A DNA stretch of 64,000 bases, taken from an uncultured Gammaproteobacteria bacterium (lineage in GTDB: Bacteria > Pseudomonadota > Gammaproteobacteria > Steroidobacterales > Rariloculaceae). Below the pieces are notes generated by a model, which saw only the letters and a list, made by a program, of their open reading frames with translations, had not been told where the DNA came from and did not search any database. Every line of letters begins with the position of its first letter. Position 1 is the stretch's first letter. The DNA lies in the NCBI GenBank assembly GCA_963728995.1, contig CAVSMD010000001.1:244358-308357 (forward strand), written 5' to 3'. Shown here piece by piece: positions 20,569 to 30,331 of the stretch. The position numbers and the translations under genes are program-made.

Positions 20569-20685
20569 CTCTCGCCAAGGCGCAAAGACGCCAAGCAAGA
20601 CAAGAGGCCGAGAGGGCAAGAGGATCGGACTATCAATAGTCTTCATAAGGCTTCTATCCTTGGCGCCTTCGCGCCTTAGCGAGAG
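20569..20685. repeat. 117-bp imperfect inverted-repeat element between convergent genes
   Basis: The arms at 20569-20595 (ctctcgccaaggcgcaaagacgccaag) and 20659-20685 (cttggcgccttcgcgccttagcgagag) match at 24 of 27 positions as reverse complements. An inner hairpin, gactatcaatagtc, lies at ~20628-20641. Confidence 0.5.
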
Positions 20686-20704
20686 CTCTTCGCCCCCCCA
20701 ACCG

Positions 20705-21730
20705 TCACCGCACCAGCGCTTCGGCGATCTGCACGGCGTTCAGCGCCGCGCCTTTCAGCAGCTGATCGCCCGCCGAGAAAATCGAGATCGAGCGGCCCGT
20801 CGTGTCGCTCAAGTCGCGCCGGATCCGCCCGACGAGGATCTCGTCCCGGCCGGAGGCATCCACGGGCATCGGGAAATAGTTGCGGCTTTGATCGTCGACG
20901 AGCTTGCAGCCCGGCGCCTCCGCGATGATCTCTCGCACCTCTTCGGGCGTGATCGGCTTCTCGCACTCGAACGTGACCGACACGCAGTGCGCGCGCAGCA
21001 CGGGAATCCGCACGCACGTGATGCCGATCAGCATGCCGGGATCGCCGAAGATCTTGCGCGTCTCGTTGATGACTTTCGTCTCTTCTTCGTTGTGCCCGGT
21101 GACGGGATCGATCTTCGTGTTGTGACTGAATGCGTTGAACGCGTACGGATGCGGCAGCACCTTCGGCTCGTACTTGCGGCCTTCGAGGTAGGCGCGCGTC
21201 GATTCGCGCAGCTCCTCCATCGCCGCGGCACCGGCACCCGAGGCGGCCTGATACGTCGAGATGATCAGGCGCTTGATCCGGTTGCGCTGGTGCACGGGCC
21301 ACAGCGGCGTGATCGAGATGATCGCCGAGCAGTTCGGGTTCGCGATGATGCCCTTGTGCGTGAAGATCGCGTCGCGGTTGATCTCCGGGACGACGAGCGG
21401 CACGTCGACGTCCATGCGAAACGCCGAGGAGTTGTCGACGATGACCGTGCCCGCCTTGACGGCGGCGGCCGCGAACTTCTTCGAGGTGCCGCTGCCGGCC
21501 GAGAACAGACCGATGTCGACGCCGCCGAAGCTGGCCTCCGTCAGCTCCCGGACCACGAGCGGCTTGCCGCGGAACTGCAGGGTCTTGCCGGCAGAGCGCG
21601 CCGACGCGAACAGCCGCAGCTCCCGCAGCGGAAACCGCCGTTGCTCCAGGCATTGCAGCAGCTCGACGCCGACGGCCCCCGTCGCGCCGACGATGCCGAC
21701 CACGGGGTTCACGATCTTCTTGGACTCCAT
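20705..21730 (-). CDS. asd: aspartate-semialdehyde dehydrogenase
   Basis: 341 aa, uninterrupted. GIVGATGAVG NAD(P) site, active-site IANPNCS and STYQAASGAG motifs. Confidence 0.95.
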   Translation of the reverse strand: MESKKIVNPVVGIVGATGAVGVELLQCLEQRRFPLRELRLFASARSAGKTLQFRGKPLVVRELTEASFGGVDIGLFSAGSGTSKKFAAAAVKAGTVIVDNSSAFRMDVDVPLVVPEINRDAIFTHKGIIANPNCSAIISITPLWPVHQRNRIKRLIISTYQAASGAGAAAMEELRESTRAYLEGRKYEPKVLPHPYAFNAFSHNTKIDPVTGHNEEETKVINETRKIFGDPGMLIGITCVRIPVLRAHCVSVTFECEKPITPEEVREIIAEAPGCKLVDDQSRNYFPMPVDASGRDEILVGRIRRDLSDTTGRSISIFSAGDQLLKGAALNAVQIAEALVR

Positions 21731-21744
21731 GACTCGGGTTCTCC

Positions 21745-21779
21745 GGAAACAAAAAAGCCCCGTCGGGATCCGGCGGGGC
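21745..21779 (-). terminator. terminator-like hairpin + T6 located inside the asd 5' leader
   Basis: A 10-bp stem (gccccgtcgg/ccggcggggc, 21757-21779) is followed on the minus strand by TTTTTTGTTT. It ends 20 nt upstream of the asd ATG, just before its GGAGA RBS. Confidence 0.5.
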
Positions 21780-22036
21780 CTTTGGCCTACGTGCGTTGAC
21801 TAATCAATCAGCGCGCGCACGACTCCGCGGCCCCAAAAACGGGTTTCGTAATCGTGCGTTTGCGAATCGGGAATTTCACGGGCCGCCACCTTAGCCGAGT
21901 CGCTCGCCGGCGTAAAGCCTTGGAATATCGGCCTGGAATACCGAAACCGTGCTGGTCCGCACTGCAGGGGGTTTGCATAGTGGCTATGGTCCGGTGCAGG
22001 ATTTTCGGCGGCTCGCACAGCCGATCGACCCGACGC

Positions 22037-23044
22037 ATGCCATTACGCAAAATTTACCCGGCCCTGCTGGCCGCCACCGTCCTGGCGGGCTGCTCGGCCG
22101 AAGAATCGCCCCCCGCCGCCTCGGCGGACGCTTATGTCGTGCCGCGCACGGCATGGGACGATCCGGACCTGCAAGGCATGTGGCCCATCGACAAGCTGAA
22201 CGGCACGCCGGTGCAGCGGCCCGAGGCCTTCGGCGAGCGCCGCTATCTGACGGACGCGGAATACGCCGAGCGCGTCGACCGGCTCCAGGGCTTGAACGCC
22301 CGCTATGACCAGGAGGTCGCGAGCCGCAAGATGGGTATCGGCCACTGGGCCGAGATGGGCCAGCCGAATCGGCTGACCTCGCTGATCGCGGAGCCCGCGA
22401 ACGGCCGCGTTCCGCCGCTGACGGCCGAGGGCGAGCGCCGCGCCGCAACGATGACGAGCAGCTGGTCGAACATCCCGTTCGACGAGGTCTCGGACTTCAA
22501 CCCGCTCGACCGCTGCATCACGCGCGGGCTGCCGGCGTCCATGTTCCCATTCATGTACAACAGCGGCATCGAGATCATGCAGGCCCCGGGCTACGTCGTG
22601 ATTCGGCTCGAGCTGATTCACGAGACGCGAGTCGTGCCGCTCGACGGCCGGGCGCCCTTGGCGCCGCAGATCGCGCAGTGGCTCGGCAGCTCGCGCGGCC
22701 GCTTCGACGGCGACACGCTCGTGATCGAAACCGGCAACTTCAACGGCGAGTCGCCCATGCTGATCGTCGGACCCGGCGGCAAACCGATCCCGACGAGCAC
22801 GCAGCTGCACATCGTCGAGCGCCTCACGCGGGTCGGGCCCGACAGCCTCGACTACGAGATCGCGGTCGAGGATCCCGTCGTGCTGACGCGGCCTTGGAAG
22901 GCGGCGTTCCCGATTCCGCGCGACGATCACTATCGATTCTTCGAATACGCGTGCCACGAGGACAATTCGGCCGTGCGGAATTTCATCACGGCATCGCGTT
23001 TCGAACGTCAACACCCAGCACACGCGGCGGCGAAATCCAAATGA
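22037..23044 (+). CDS. WEGDTLV-family lipoprotein
   Basis: MPLRKIYPALLAATVLAGC lipobox. Motifs: DRCITRGLP, RVVPLDGR, GRFDGDTLVIETGNF and FEYACHEDN. Confidence 0.8.
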   Translation: MPLRKIYPALLAATVLAGCSAEESPPAASADAYVVPRTAWDDPDLQGMWPIDKLNGTPVQRPEAFGERRYLTDAEYAERVDRLQGLNARYDQEVASRKMGIGHWAEMGQPNRLTSLIAEPANGRVPPLTAEGERRAATMTSSWSNIPFDEVSDFNPLDRCITRGLPASMFPFMYNSGIEIMQAPGYVVIRLELIHETRVVPLDGRAPLAPQIAQWLGSSRGRFDGDTLVIETGNFNGESPMLIVGPGGKPIPTSTQLHIVERLTRVGPDSLDYEIAVEDPVVLTRPWKAAFPIPRDDHYRFFEYACHEDNSAVRNFITASRFERQHPAHAAAKSK

Positions 23045-23814
23045 GCGACGAGCAGGACGACAAGTTGACGCACCTGGCGCGGGCCCTGGCCGAAGCGCAA
23101 ACGCTGATCGCGGATCAGAAGGCGCGCCTGAGGACGCTGGGCGCGGGCCGCGAAGAGAGCCTGCTGGCCTTGGCCACTGCGCGCGACGAGCTCGCGCGCG
23201 TCAGCAGGGAGCGCGACAAGCTTCGCAACGAGCTCGCCCGCGTCGACGGCATGCAGACTTCGACCGTGGCACTGCCGGAGGACGACGAGCCGACGATCGC
23301 ACCGGCTGCGTCCGGAACGCTGCCCTCGATCGACGACCTGATGGCCGATCTCAGCTCGATCCGCGAGTCCGGCGGCGGCGCGGCCGGCCATCTGCACCTG
23401 AAAGTGTCCGGGTCCGCGGACGACGACGCCTCCGAGGAGATGCTGTCGCCGGCGCTCGTGTTCCCCGAGGAGTACGCCAAGACGGACGAGTCGGCCCGCG
23501 GCGCGGCGCCGACGACGCGCGTGCTCGTGCTGCTCGACGGCGAGCAGCCGATCAAGTATCCGCTCTACAAGAACGACATGACGATCGGCCGCATCGATGC
23601 CGCCGACATCAAGATCGACAGCCACTTCATCTCGCGGCTCCACGCGCGCGTCGTGGCGACCTCGGCCGGCACGAAGCTCGAGGACATCGAGAGCAAGAAC
23701 GGCATCAAGGTCAACGGCAAGCTCACGAAGAGCCAGGAGCTCAAGCACGGCGACCTGATCAACCTCGGTGGGCTGCGGTTCCGCTTCCTGGACCTCGCCG
23801 CCGACGCGGGTTGA
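23041..23814 (+). CDS. FHA domain protein with N-terminal coiled coil
   Basis: The ATG overlaps the upstream stop (ATGA). The C-terminus MTIGRIDAADIKIDSHFISRLHARV..SKNGIKVNG..L..GD.I.LG is an FHA signature. There is no signal peptide or TM helix. Confidence 0.8.
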   Translation: MSDEQDDKLTHLARALAEAQTLIADQKARLRTLGAGREESLLALATARDELARVSRERDKLRNELARVDGMQTSTVALPEDDEPTIAPAASGTLPSIDDLMADLSSIRESGGGAAGHLHLKVSGSADDDASEEMLSPALVFPEEYAKTDESARGAAPTTRVLVLLDGEQPIKYPLYKNDMTIGRIDAADIKIDSHFISRLHARVVATSAGTKLEDIESKNGIKVNGKLTKSQELKHGDLINLGGLRFRFLDLAADAG

Positions 23815-23832
23815 GCGGCGCGGCGCGCGGGC

Positions 23833-24826
23833 CTACTTCGGCCGACCCTTGTAGCCCTGGGCCAGCATCGGTAGCCGGTAGATCGTCATCGCGGTGTTGC
23901 GAATGCCCTCCGGCGTCGCCCACGCCTTGCCGTCGGGGCCGACCGCGCCCATCTGCGGCACGTACAGCACCTTCTTGTCGGCCCCCGAGAACGCCAGCGT
24001 AATCGGCCGGCGCGGCGTCGGGATCAGGCCAAGATGCTCGCCGCGCGGGGACAGCACGTGCACGCCCTGCGCGCCGGTCACGTACAGGCGCCCCTCGCTG
24101 TCGATCGCCATGCCGTCGCCGCCGTCGTCGCCGTTCAGCGTACCGAAATCGCGCCGGTTCGCCGTCGTGCCGTCGGCGCGCACGTCGAACGCGACGACGA
24201 CGGTGTTGTTCGTCACGTACAGCGTCTTGCCGTCCGGCGAGAGCATGATGCCGTTGGTCCGAATGTTCTGATCGGCCACCGTGCCGACGACGCCGGCCGG
24301 GCTCACGTAGTACGCGCCGCCCGACGTGAAGTAGGCCCCGCCCTTGCCGTCCGCGATCAGGTCGTTGACCCGGCCCAGCGTGGCGCCGTTGGCAAACCCG
24401 TTGGCGAGCACGCGGTGCTCGGGCAGGTACTGCGTGATCTTCGTCAGCTCGTTGCAGCCGCCGAGGTCTTTGTTCAGCGGCTCGGTGCAGGTCCGTTCCG
24501 CGGCATACAGGCGCCCCTGCGCATCGATCGAGATCGAGCCTGCTCCGCGCGTCTGCGGGATCACGGTGTATTCCTTGCCGTCCGGCCCGAGCTTGCGAAT
24601 CGTGTCGGTTTGCTCCTGCGCGAACATGACGCCGCCATCGGCCGTGCCGACGATGCCGTCCGCCGTCGCGAAATCGGCCCAGACGAGCTCCCACTTCGCC
24701 CCCGCGGCTACCACGCCGGGAATCGCCGTGACGGCGGCCTCGCGCTCCCCGGGCAAAAGCCCCTGAGCGGCCGCCGAGCCGATCAGCGCGACCGACGACA
24801 AACAAGGTGAGGACGGCGTTCTTCAT
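23833..24826 (-). CDS. SMP-30/gluconolactonase/LRE family protein, N-terminal frameshift as read
   Basis: The beta-propeller repeats carry NDLIADGKGGAYFT, NGIMLSPDGKTLYV and DGMAIDSEGRLYV. The signal peptide MKNAVLTLFVV is in the frame of ORF 23759..24973, with a shift at ~24795. Confidence 0.8.
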
Positions 24827-24990
24827 GTTTCTTTTCCCTTGCGCAGTTGCGCGATCCGTACCGGCTCGCCAGTCTATTAGCCGGGTGGATTCGAGACCAC
24901 TGGCTCGTCGGCCGCCGCACCGAGGCGTGCGACGGGCTGTGGTACAGTAACTACCCGCTTCGATCGACGGCACGCATTTCGGGGGAGCTC

Positions 24991-25818
24991 ATGGCCGGAA
25001 TCAAAACGTGGCTGCTGGCTGGCGCAGCGCTCGCCGCGACCCACGTCGCCTTCGCGCAAACCGCCGCGGAACGGCGCGAAAAGTTGAGCGGCATGATCCC
25101 GAAGCACGAAGGCTACCTGGGCGCGCTCGCGCCCGAGAACCTGAAGAAGCCGCGTCCGGCGCCCCCGTTCGATGTGACCGGCACCTGGTTCGTGGATCTC
25201 AGCGAGGGTTTCGCGAAGTTCATGTTCGGCCCGCCGTACCCCGAGTTCATCGGGCAAGCCAAGGCCGACTTCGAGGAAGGTCAACGCATGCGCGCCGAGC
25301 GCAAGTCGTACCGCGACGCCATCGGCCAATGCTTCCCGGCCGGCATCCCGATGATCATGACGCGCGTCTGGCCGATCGCCATGATTCAGACGCCCACCGT
25401 GATCTTCATGGTGTCGAACTTCAACGACAGCTTTCGGCAGATCTTCCTCGACGGTCGCGACTACTCCGACCCGAACACCATCATCTATACGTATAACGGC
25501 GAATCCCTGGGCCACTTCGAAGGCGATACGCTGGTCGTCAATACGCGTTATATCGAGACCTACAATCATTACATCGATACGGGCATCCCGATCTCCGAGC
25601 AGTTCCGGGTCCAGGAACGGATGCGGCTGCTCGAGAAAGGCGAGGTGCTCGAGATCGAGTACATCATGACGGACCCGGTCAACTGGAAAGGCGAATGGCA
25701 CAACACCAAGCGCTGGCTACGCGTGGATCACACGGACATCGGCGAGGTCGAATGCTTACCGGACTTGAACGACAACCTGCCCAGCACCCAAGCCGGGAAG
25801 GTGGGCCTCCAGAAGTGA
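24991..25818 (+). CDS. WEGDTLV-family secreted protein
   Basis: ATG 24991 follows GGGGGA. Signal MAGIKTWLLAGAALAATHVAFA. Motifs: GQCFPAGIP, IFLDGRD, GHFEGDTLVVNT and EVECLPD. Confidence 0.8.
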   Translation: MAGIKTWLLAGAALAATHVAFAQTAAERREKLSGMIPKHEGYLGALAPENLKKPRPAPPFDVTGTWFVDLSEGFAKFMFGPPYPEFIGQAKADFEEGQRMRAERKSYRDAIGQCFPAGIPMIMTRVWPIAMIQTPTVIFMVSNFNDSFRQIFLDGRDYSDPNTIIYTYNGESLGHFEGDTLVVNTRYIETYNHYIDTGIPISEQFRVQERMRLLEKGEVLEIEYIMTDPVNWKGEWHNTKRWLRVDHTDIGEVECLPDLNDNLPSTQAGKVGLQK

Positions 25819-25836
25819 ACGATTGAGGAACGAATC

Positions 25837-26268
25837 ATGAAGACGCTGATAAGGATCGCGACACTGGCGGCAGCCGCCGCCGTCGCAATGCTCGGCATGC
25901 TGCCGGCAAGCGCTCACCACTCCACGGCGGCGTTCGACACGGCGCGCGTGATCAAGATCACGGGCACCGTCACGCAATTCCGCTGGATCAATCCGCACGC
26001 TTCGTTCAAGGTCGACGGCGTCAGCGAAGGCGACGAGCCCGACGGCCTGTGGACCGTCGAGATGACGGCGCCGAACGTGCTGATCAACCAGGGCTGGACG
26101 CGTACCGCGCTGAAGGTCGGCGACAAGGTCACGATCTACGTGAACCCGTTGCGCAACTTCATCGAGCTGAACGACGGCAGCCACGGCTCGCTGTACGTCG
26201 GCGTCGTGCTCGCCGACGGCAAGACGCTCGGCCGCACCGACGGCAAGGGCTCCGGCACCAGCAACTAG
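25837..26268 (+). CDS. AHHS/NPH small secreted protein (DUF6152-like)
   Basis: 143 aa. The signal ends PASA|HHSTAAFD and is followed by ITGTVTQFRWINPHASFKV. The gene starts 18 nt after the preceding WEGDTLV gene. Confidence 0.8.
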   Translation: MKTLIRIATLAAAAAVAMLGMLPASAHHSTAAFDTARVIKITGTVTQFRWINPHASFKVDGVSEGDEPDGLWTVEMTAPNVLINQGWTRTALKVGDKVTIYVNPLRNFIELNDGSHGSLYVGVVLADGKTLGRTDGKGSGTSN

Positions 26269-27123
26269 GCCGAGCGGCGCGCGAGCGCGGCAAACTGCCG
26301 CTGCAGGCCTACGACGCGCTCGACATAGGCGTGCGCGTCGTGCGCGCCGCACCGCTGACCGGGCGCAAACCGCAGACCTCGACGCGCGTATTCCCGCGCG
26401 GCACCGGCTCCGCACAAATGCAGCATCGCCGCCAGGCGCTGCTTCTGCTGCAAGCTCGCCCCCTGCACCGGATAACGCTGGAGAATCAGCGCCACGTTCC
26501 GATCGAGATAGGCCGACGTGAGCTCGACCGCGTGCGAGGGGATCGTGCGTGTGTACAGCGCGTTGAACCAGCACGAACGCACGCGAGTACCACGGCCCCT
26601 GCTCGACCACGCGGTGATCATGGATGCAGTAACGGCGCGCGGCCGCGAACGTGGCATCCGTGACCTGGTACATGCCGACGGCGCTCGACGCCGGCCGGAA
26701 GATCGCGAACGGGTCGAACGATGCCGCCCACCGCCAGTAGGTTCGCACGACGGGATTGCCCGAGCCTTCGACCTGCGCCAGCGCCGCGAGCAGATCCGGC
26801 GTCATGACGCTCGTCGAGTGCCGCTCGAACAGCGCCCCATAGGCGTCCCACGTCTCGGCCGGGCCCTTATAGAAGGCCTCGCTGACGGGAAACCAAAGCT
26901 CGGAAGGCTTGCGGACGACCTGATAGGCCCAGTTGATGCCGAGCCAGAGCACGACCAGGACGAATGCCGAGAGCAGCACCTGCAACGTCGGCGGCGTGCG
27001 GCGCACCAGGCGCACGAGCCGACGGCGCGTGCGCGCGCTCGGCAGCAGGCGCGCCAGCCGGAAGCGGCGCGAGCGCTTCGATTTGCGTTTCTTGTGCGTC
27101 CGCCGTAACGATCTCGGCGCCAT
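26265..27123 (-). CDS. lytic transglycosylase (SLT) domain membrane protein, disrupted as read
   Basis: Basic N-terminus, a TM helix, [10 protein letters not shown] (catalytic Glu region) and VGMYQVTD. One frame change at ~26580 joins ORF 25756..27123 to ORF 26265..26657. Confidence 0.65.
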
Positions 27124-27234
27124 GCCGAATCACCTCGTCGTTCACTGGCGCAGAGCCTAGCATGTCCCGGGCCGGGCGATCCCCCGTCGCCCGCGTCATT
27201 GCTAAGGCGCCGGGCTTACTGCCACACTTTCTGC

Positions 27235-27956
27235 ATGGGCAGAATCTTCGAAGTCCGCAAGCACACGATGTTCGCGCGCTGGGACCGCATGGCCAAGGCG
27301 TTCGCGCGCATCAACAAGGAGATCAACGTCGCGGTCAAAGCCGGCGGCGCCGACCCGCACGCGAATCCGGCGCTGCGGCGGGTGATCCAGAATGCGCGCC
27401 AGGTCAACATGCCGAAGGACAAGGTCGAGGCGGCGATCAAGCGAGCCTCCGGCAAAGACGCCACGAATTACGAGCAGATCATCTACGAGGGCTACGCGCC
27501 GCATGGCGTAGCGGTCATCGTCGAGTGCGCCACGGACAACCCCACGCGCACGGTCGCGTCGGTGCGCGCGATCTTCTCGAAGGGCGGCGGCAACCTCGGC
27601 GCCACCGGCAGCGTGGCATTCCAGTTCCACAAGATGGGCGTGTTCCGGCTGAACCCCGAAGGCATCGACCAGGACGATCTCGAGCTGTACCTGATCGATC
27701 ATGGCCTCGAGGAGATGGGCGAGAGCACCGGCGAGAAAGGCGAGCCGCAGCTCGTCGCCCGCTGCCGTTCGCGGACTTCGGCCGAATGCAGGAGGCGCTC
27801 GAGAAGCGCGGCATCACTCCGATCTCGGCCACGCACGAGTACGTCTGCACCACACCGATCGAGTTGCCGGAGCTCGAGGCGCACGACGCCCTCGCGATGA
27901 TCGACAAGCTCGAGCAGGACGACGACGTGCAGAACGTGTATCACTCATTGATATAG
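27235..27956 (+). CDS. yebC: YebC/PmpR family DNA-binding transcriptional regulator, disrupted as read
   Basis: [23 protein letters not shown].., [20 protein letters not shown] and a C-terminal [12 protein letters not shown]. One frame change at ~27760. Confidence 0.85.
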
Positions 27957-27967
27957 GGGATTCAGTC

Positions 27968-28471
27968 ATGACCAGACTCGCAGGTTCGATCCGTCGCGCC
28001 ACGCTGTACGCGGGCCTTCTCGCCGCGGCGATCGCCGGCGTGGCCGGCGCGGCCCAGCTCGCCACCAAGCACGCGCTCACGCTCGAGATCGCGAAGCAGA
28101 TGTCGGCCGCCGCGGAAGCCGAAGCCGTGCGCAACAACTGGAACATGGTGATCGCGATCGTCGACGACGGCGGCCGGCTCATGCATCTGATCCGCCGCGA
28201 CGGCACTCAGTACGGCAGCATCGACGTGGCGCAGGACAAGGCGCGCACGGCGATCGCGTTCCGCCGGCCGACGAAGGCGCTCGAGGATGCGGTCGCGGGC
28301 GGCCGTAACGCCATCCTCGGGCTCACGGGCGCAACCCCGATCGAAGGTGGCCTACCGATCGTCATCGACGGCGAGATGGTCGGCGCGATCGGCGCCTCGG
28401 GCGGGTCGTCCAGCCAGGACGCCCAGGTCGCGCAGGCCGGCCTCAGCGCGCTCGCCACGATCCTGAAGTAG
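27968..28471 (+). CDS. glcG: GlcG/HbpS-like haem-binding protein (DUF336), secreted
   Basis: Signal peptide, then VIAIVDDGG, DVAQDKARTAIAF and GGLPIVIDGEMVGAIGASGG. Confidence 0.8.
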   Translation: MTRLAGSIRRATLYAGLLAAAIAGVAGAAQLATKHALTLEIAKQMSAAAEAEAVRNNWNMVIAIVDDGGRLMHLIRRDGTQYGSIDVAQDKARTAIAFRRPTKALEDAVAGGRNAILGLTGATPIEGGLPIVIDGEMVGAIGASGGSSSQDAQVAQAGLSALATILK

Positions 28472-28524
28472 CCGGGGCAGCGGTCCCACGCGGGCTCGGC
28501 CGCGGGGCCGGGCTCGCTTCCGCC

Positions 28525-28974
28525 ATGGACTATCTCAGCGACCCGCGCAACTGGCTCGTCGTCGGCACCGCGATCGTGATCGTGAGCCTGTGCGTCGTTC
28601 TGCACTACGAGGCGCTGAACGCCTGCAATCGGTATCTGCCACGCTTGAGCCATCGACGCCGGCGGCGCGTGCTGATCCTGATCTTCATCGTGCTCATCAC
28701 GCACATCGCCGAGATCTGGCTGTTCGGCGTGGGCTACTTCGTGCTCGTGCAGCACTACGCGATCGGCTCGGTCACTGGGCTGCCAACAGCCGAGCTCCCG
28801 GACTTCGTGTACTTCTCCGCCATCACGTACTCGACCGTGGGCTTCGGCGACGCCGTGCCGATCGGCGCGATTCGCTTCCTGGCCGGCATGGAGGCGTTGG
28901 CGGGATTCGTGATGATCACCTGGTCGGCGTCGTACACGTTCCTCGAGATGCAGCGCGACTGGCGGCCGGAGTAG
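28525..28974 (+). CDS. small two-TM potassium-channel-like protein
   Basis: 149 aa. The pore sequence YFSAITYSTVGFGD is flanked by TM helices. No regulatory domain. Confidence 0.75.
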   Translation: MDYLSDPRNWLVVGTAIVIVSLCVVLHYEALNACNRYLPRLSHRRRRRVLILIFIVLITHIAEIWLFGVGYFVLVQHYAIGSVTGLPTAELPDFVYFSAITYSTVGFGDAVPIGAIRFLAGMEALAGFVMITWSASYTFLEMQRDWRPE

Positions 28975-28977
28975 ACG

Positions 28978-29445
28978 CTACTCCACCTTGAAGAAGCGGA
29001 TCACGACTTCGCTCGGGAAGCGCTCGCCGACGCCGACGAACAGGCTCCTCGTGAGCCATTGCAGTCCCGGCGCCGATGTCTCGAACCTCGGCTGCGTCCG
29101 GAAGTACACCAGCTTTGGATCGACGACCTCGCCCGCGAGCAGCTTCTGCATGACCTCGGGCGCCGCCGTGCGAATGCCGGGATTCTGCACGTACACGATC
29201 TCGCCCAGGTCGGTCTCGATCGTGTAGCGCGTGTCGAGCTCCGTGAATCCGTCGGGCTGAATCACCTGCCAATCGGCGCCGCCGGCCGGCACCGTGCCGT
29301 TCAGCAGCGGTCCCTGCACCGTGCCGCCTTCGATCGCGATGATGCGCCGCCGGCCGTGCGTGACTTGGCCCACTTCGGTCGGCGAGCCCACGCGGGCGCG
29401 CAGCTCGAACGCGAACGTGAGACGCGGCGGCGCCGGCTCGGTCAC
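28978..29445 (-). CDS. DUF3237 (UPF0311) family protein
   Basis: 155 aa. GRRRIIAIEGGTVQGPLLNGTVPAGGADWQ matches my memory of the family core. Confidence 0.65.
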   Translation of the reverse strand: MTEPAPPRLTFAFELRARVGSPTEVGQVTHGRRRIIAIEGGTVQGPLLNGTVPAGGADWQVIQPDGFTELDTRYTIETDLGEIVYVQNPGIRTAAPEVMQKLLAGEVVDPKLVYFRTQPRFETSAPGLQWLTRSLFVGVGERFPSEVVIRFFKVE

Positions 29446-29448
29446 GGC

Positions 29449-30270
29449 TCAGCCCGTCCAGTCCACGAGCCCGGCATACGCCGTGCCGAGCACGACGATG
29501 CCGAACGCGATGCGGTACCACGCGAACGCCGTGAAGTCGTGGCTCACGATGTAGCGCAGCAACCAGCGCACGCACAGAAACGCGGCAATGAACGACACAA
29601 CGAAACCGACGGCGAACGGGCCAAAGTCCGCCGCGTGGAACAGCGCGCGATCCTTGTACAGCGAGTACGCGCCGGCGGCCACGAGCGTCGGCACCGCGAG
29701 AAAGAACGAGAACTCGGTCGCGGCCCGGCGCGACAGGCCGAACAGCATGCCGCCGATGATCGTGGCGCCCGAGCGCGACGTGCCCGGAATCAGCGCGAAC
29801 GTCTGCGCGATGCCGACTTTCAGCGCATCGGGCCACCGCATGTCGTCGACGGTCGCAACGCGCGCCGGACGCTCGCGGCGATCGACGGCGAGAATGACGA
29901 GGCCGCCCACGATGAACGCCAGGGCCACCGGCACGGCGTAGAACAGGTAGTCCTTGATCATGCGGTTGAACGCGAGCCCGATCACGGCCGCGGGAATGAA
30001 GGCCACGATCAGATTCGTGACGAAGCGCCGCGCCACCGGATCGCTCGGCAGTCGCACCAGCACGCTCGTGAAGCGCGCGCGGTATTCCCACACGATCGCA
30101 AGCATCGCGCCGCTCTGAATCACGATGTCGAACACCTTGGCCTTGTCGCCGCCCCATCCGATCAGCTGGCCCGCGATGATCAGATGCCCGGTGCTCGAGA
30201 TCGGCAGGAACTCGGTCAAGCCTTCTACGACCCCGAGGACCAGGGCTTGAACGAAAACGATTGGATCCAT
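29449..30270 (-). CDS. uppP: undecaprenyl-diphosphate phosphatase
   Basis: [15 protein letters not shown] and [10 protein letters not shown] motifs. 273 aa, uninterrupted. Confidence 0.95.
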   Translation of the reverse strand: MDPIVFVQALVLGVVEGLTEFLPISSTGHLIIAGQLIGWGGDKAKVFDIVIQSGAMLAIVWEYRARFTSVLVRLPSDPVARRFVTNLIVAFIPAAVIGLAFNRMIKDYLFYAVPVALAFIVGGLVILAVDRRERPARVATVDDMRWPDALKVGIAQTFALIPGTSRSGATIIGGMLFGLSRRAATEFSFFLAVPTLVAAGAYSLYKDRALFHAADFGPFAVGFVVSFIAAFLCVRWLLRYIVSHDFTAFAWYRIAFGIVVLGTAYAGLVDWTG

Positions 30271-30331
30271 CGGCCGCTATCTTAACCGCGACGCAACCGC
30301 GCGGCGCGCAAAAGCGTTCGTAGGCATTCGC

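Noticed and set aside
21800-22018. 72-aa minus-strand ORF in the asd / lipoprotein intergenic region. I also considered 6S RNA, tmRNA, SRP RNA or a known riboswitch here.
   Set aside because: There is no RBS or protein motif, and I could not find any of the conserved RNA signatures by eye. Only the terminator-like hairpin is reported.
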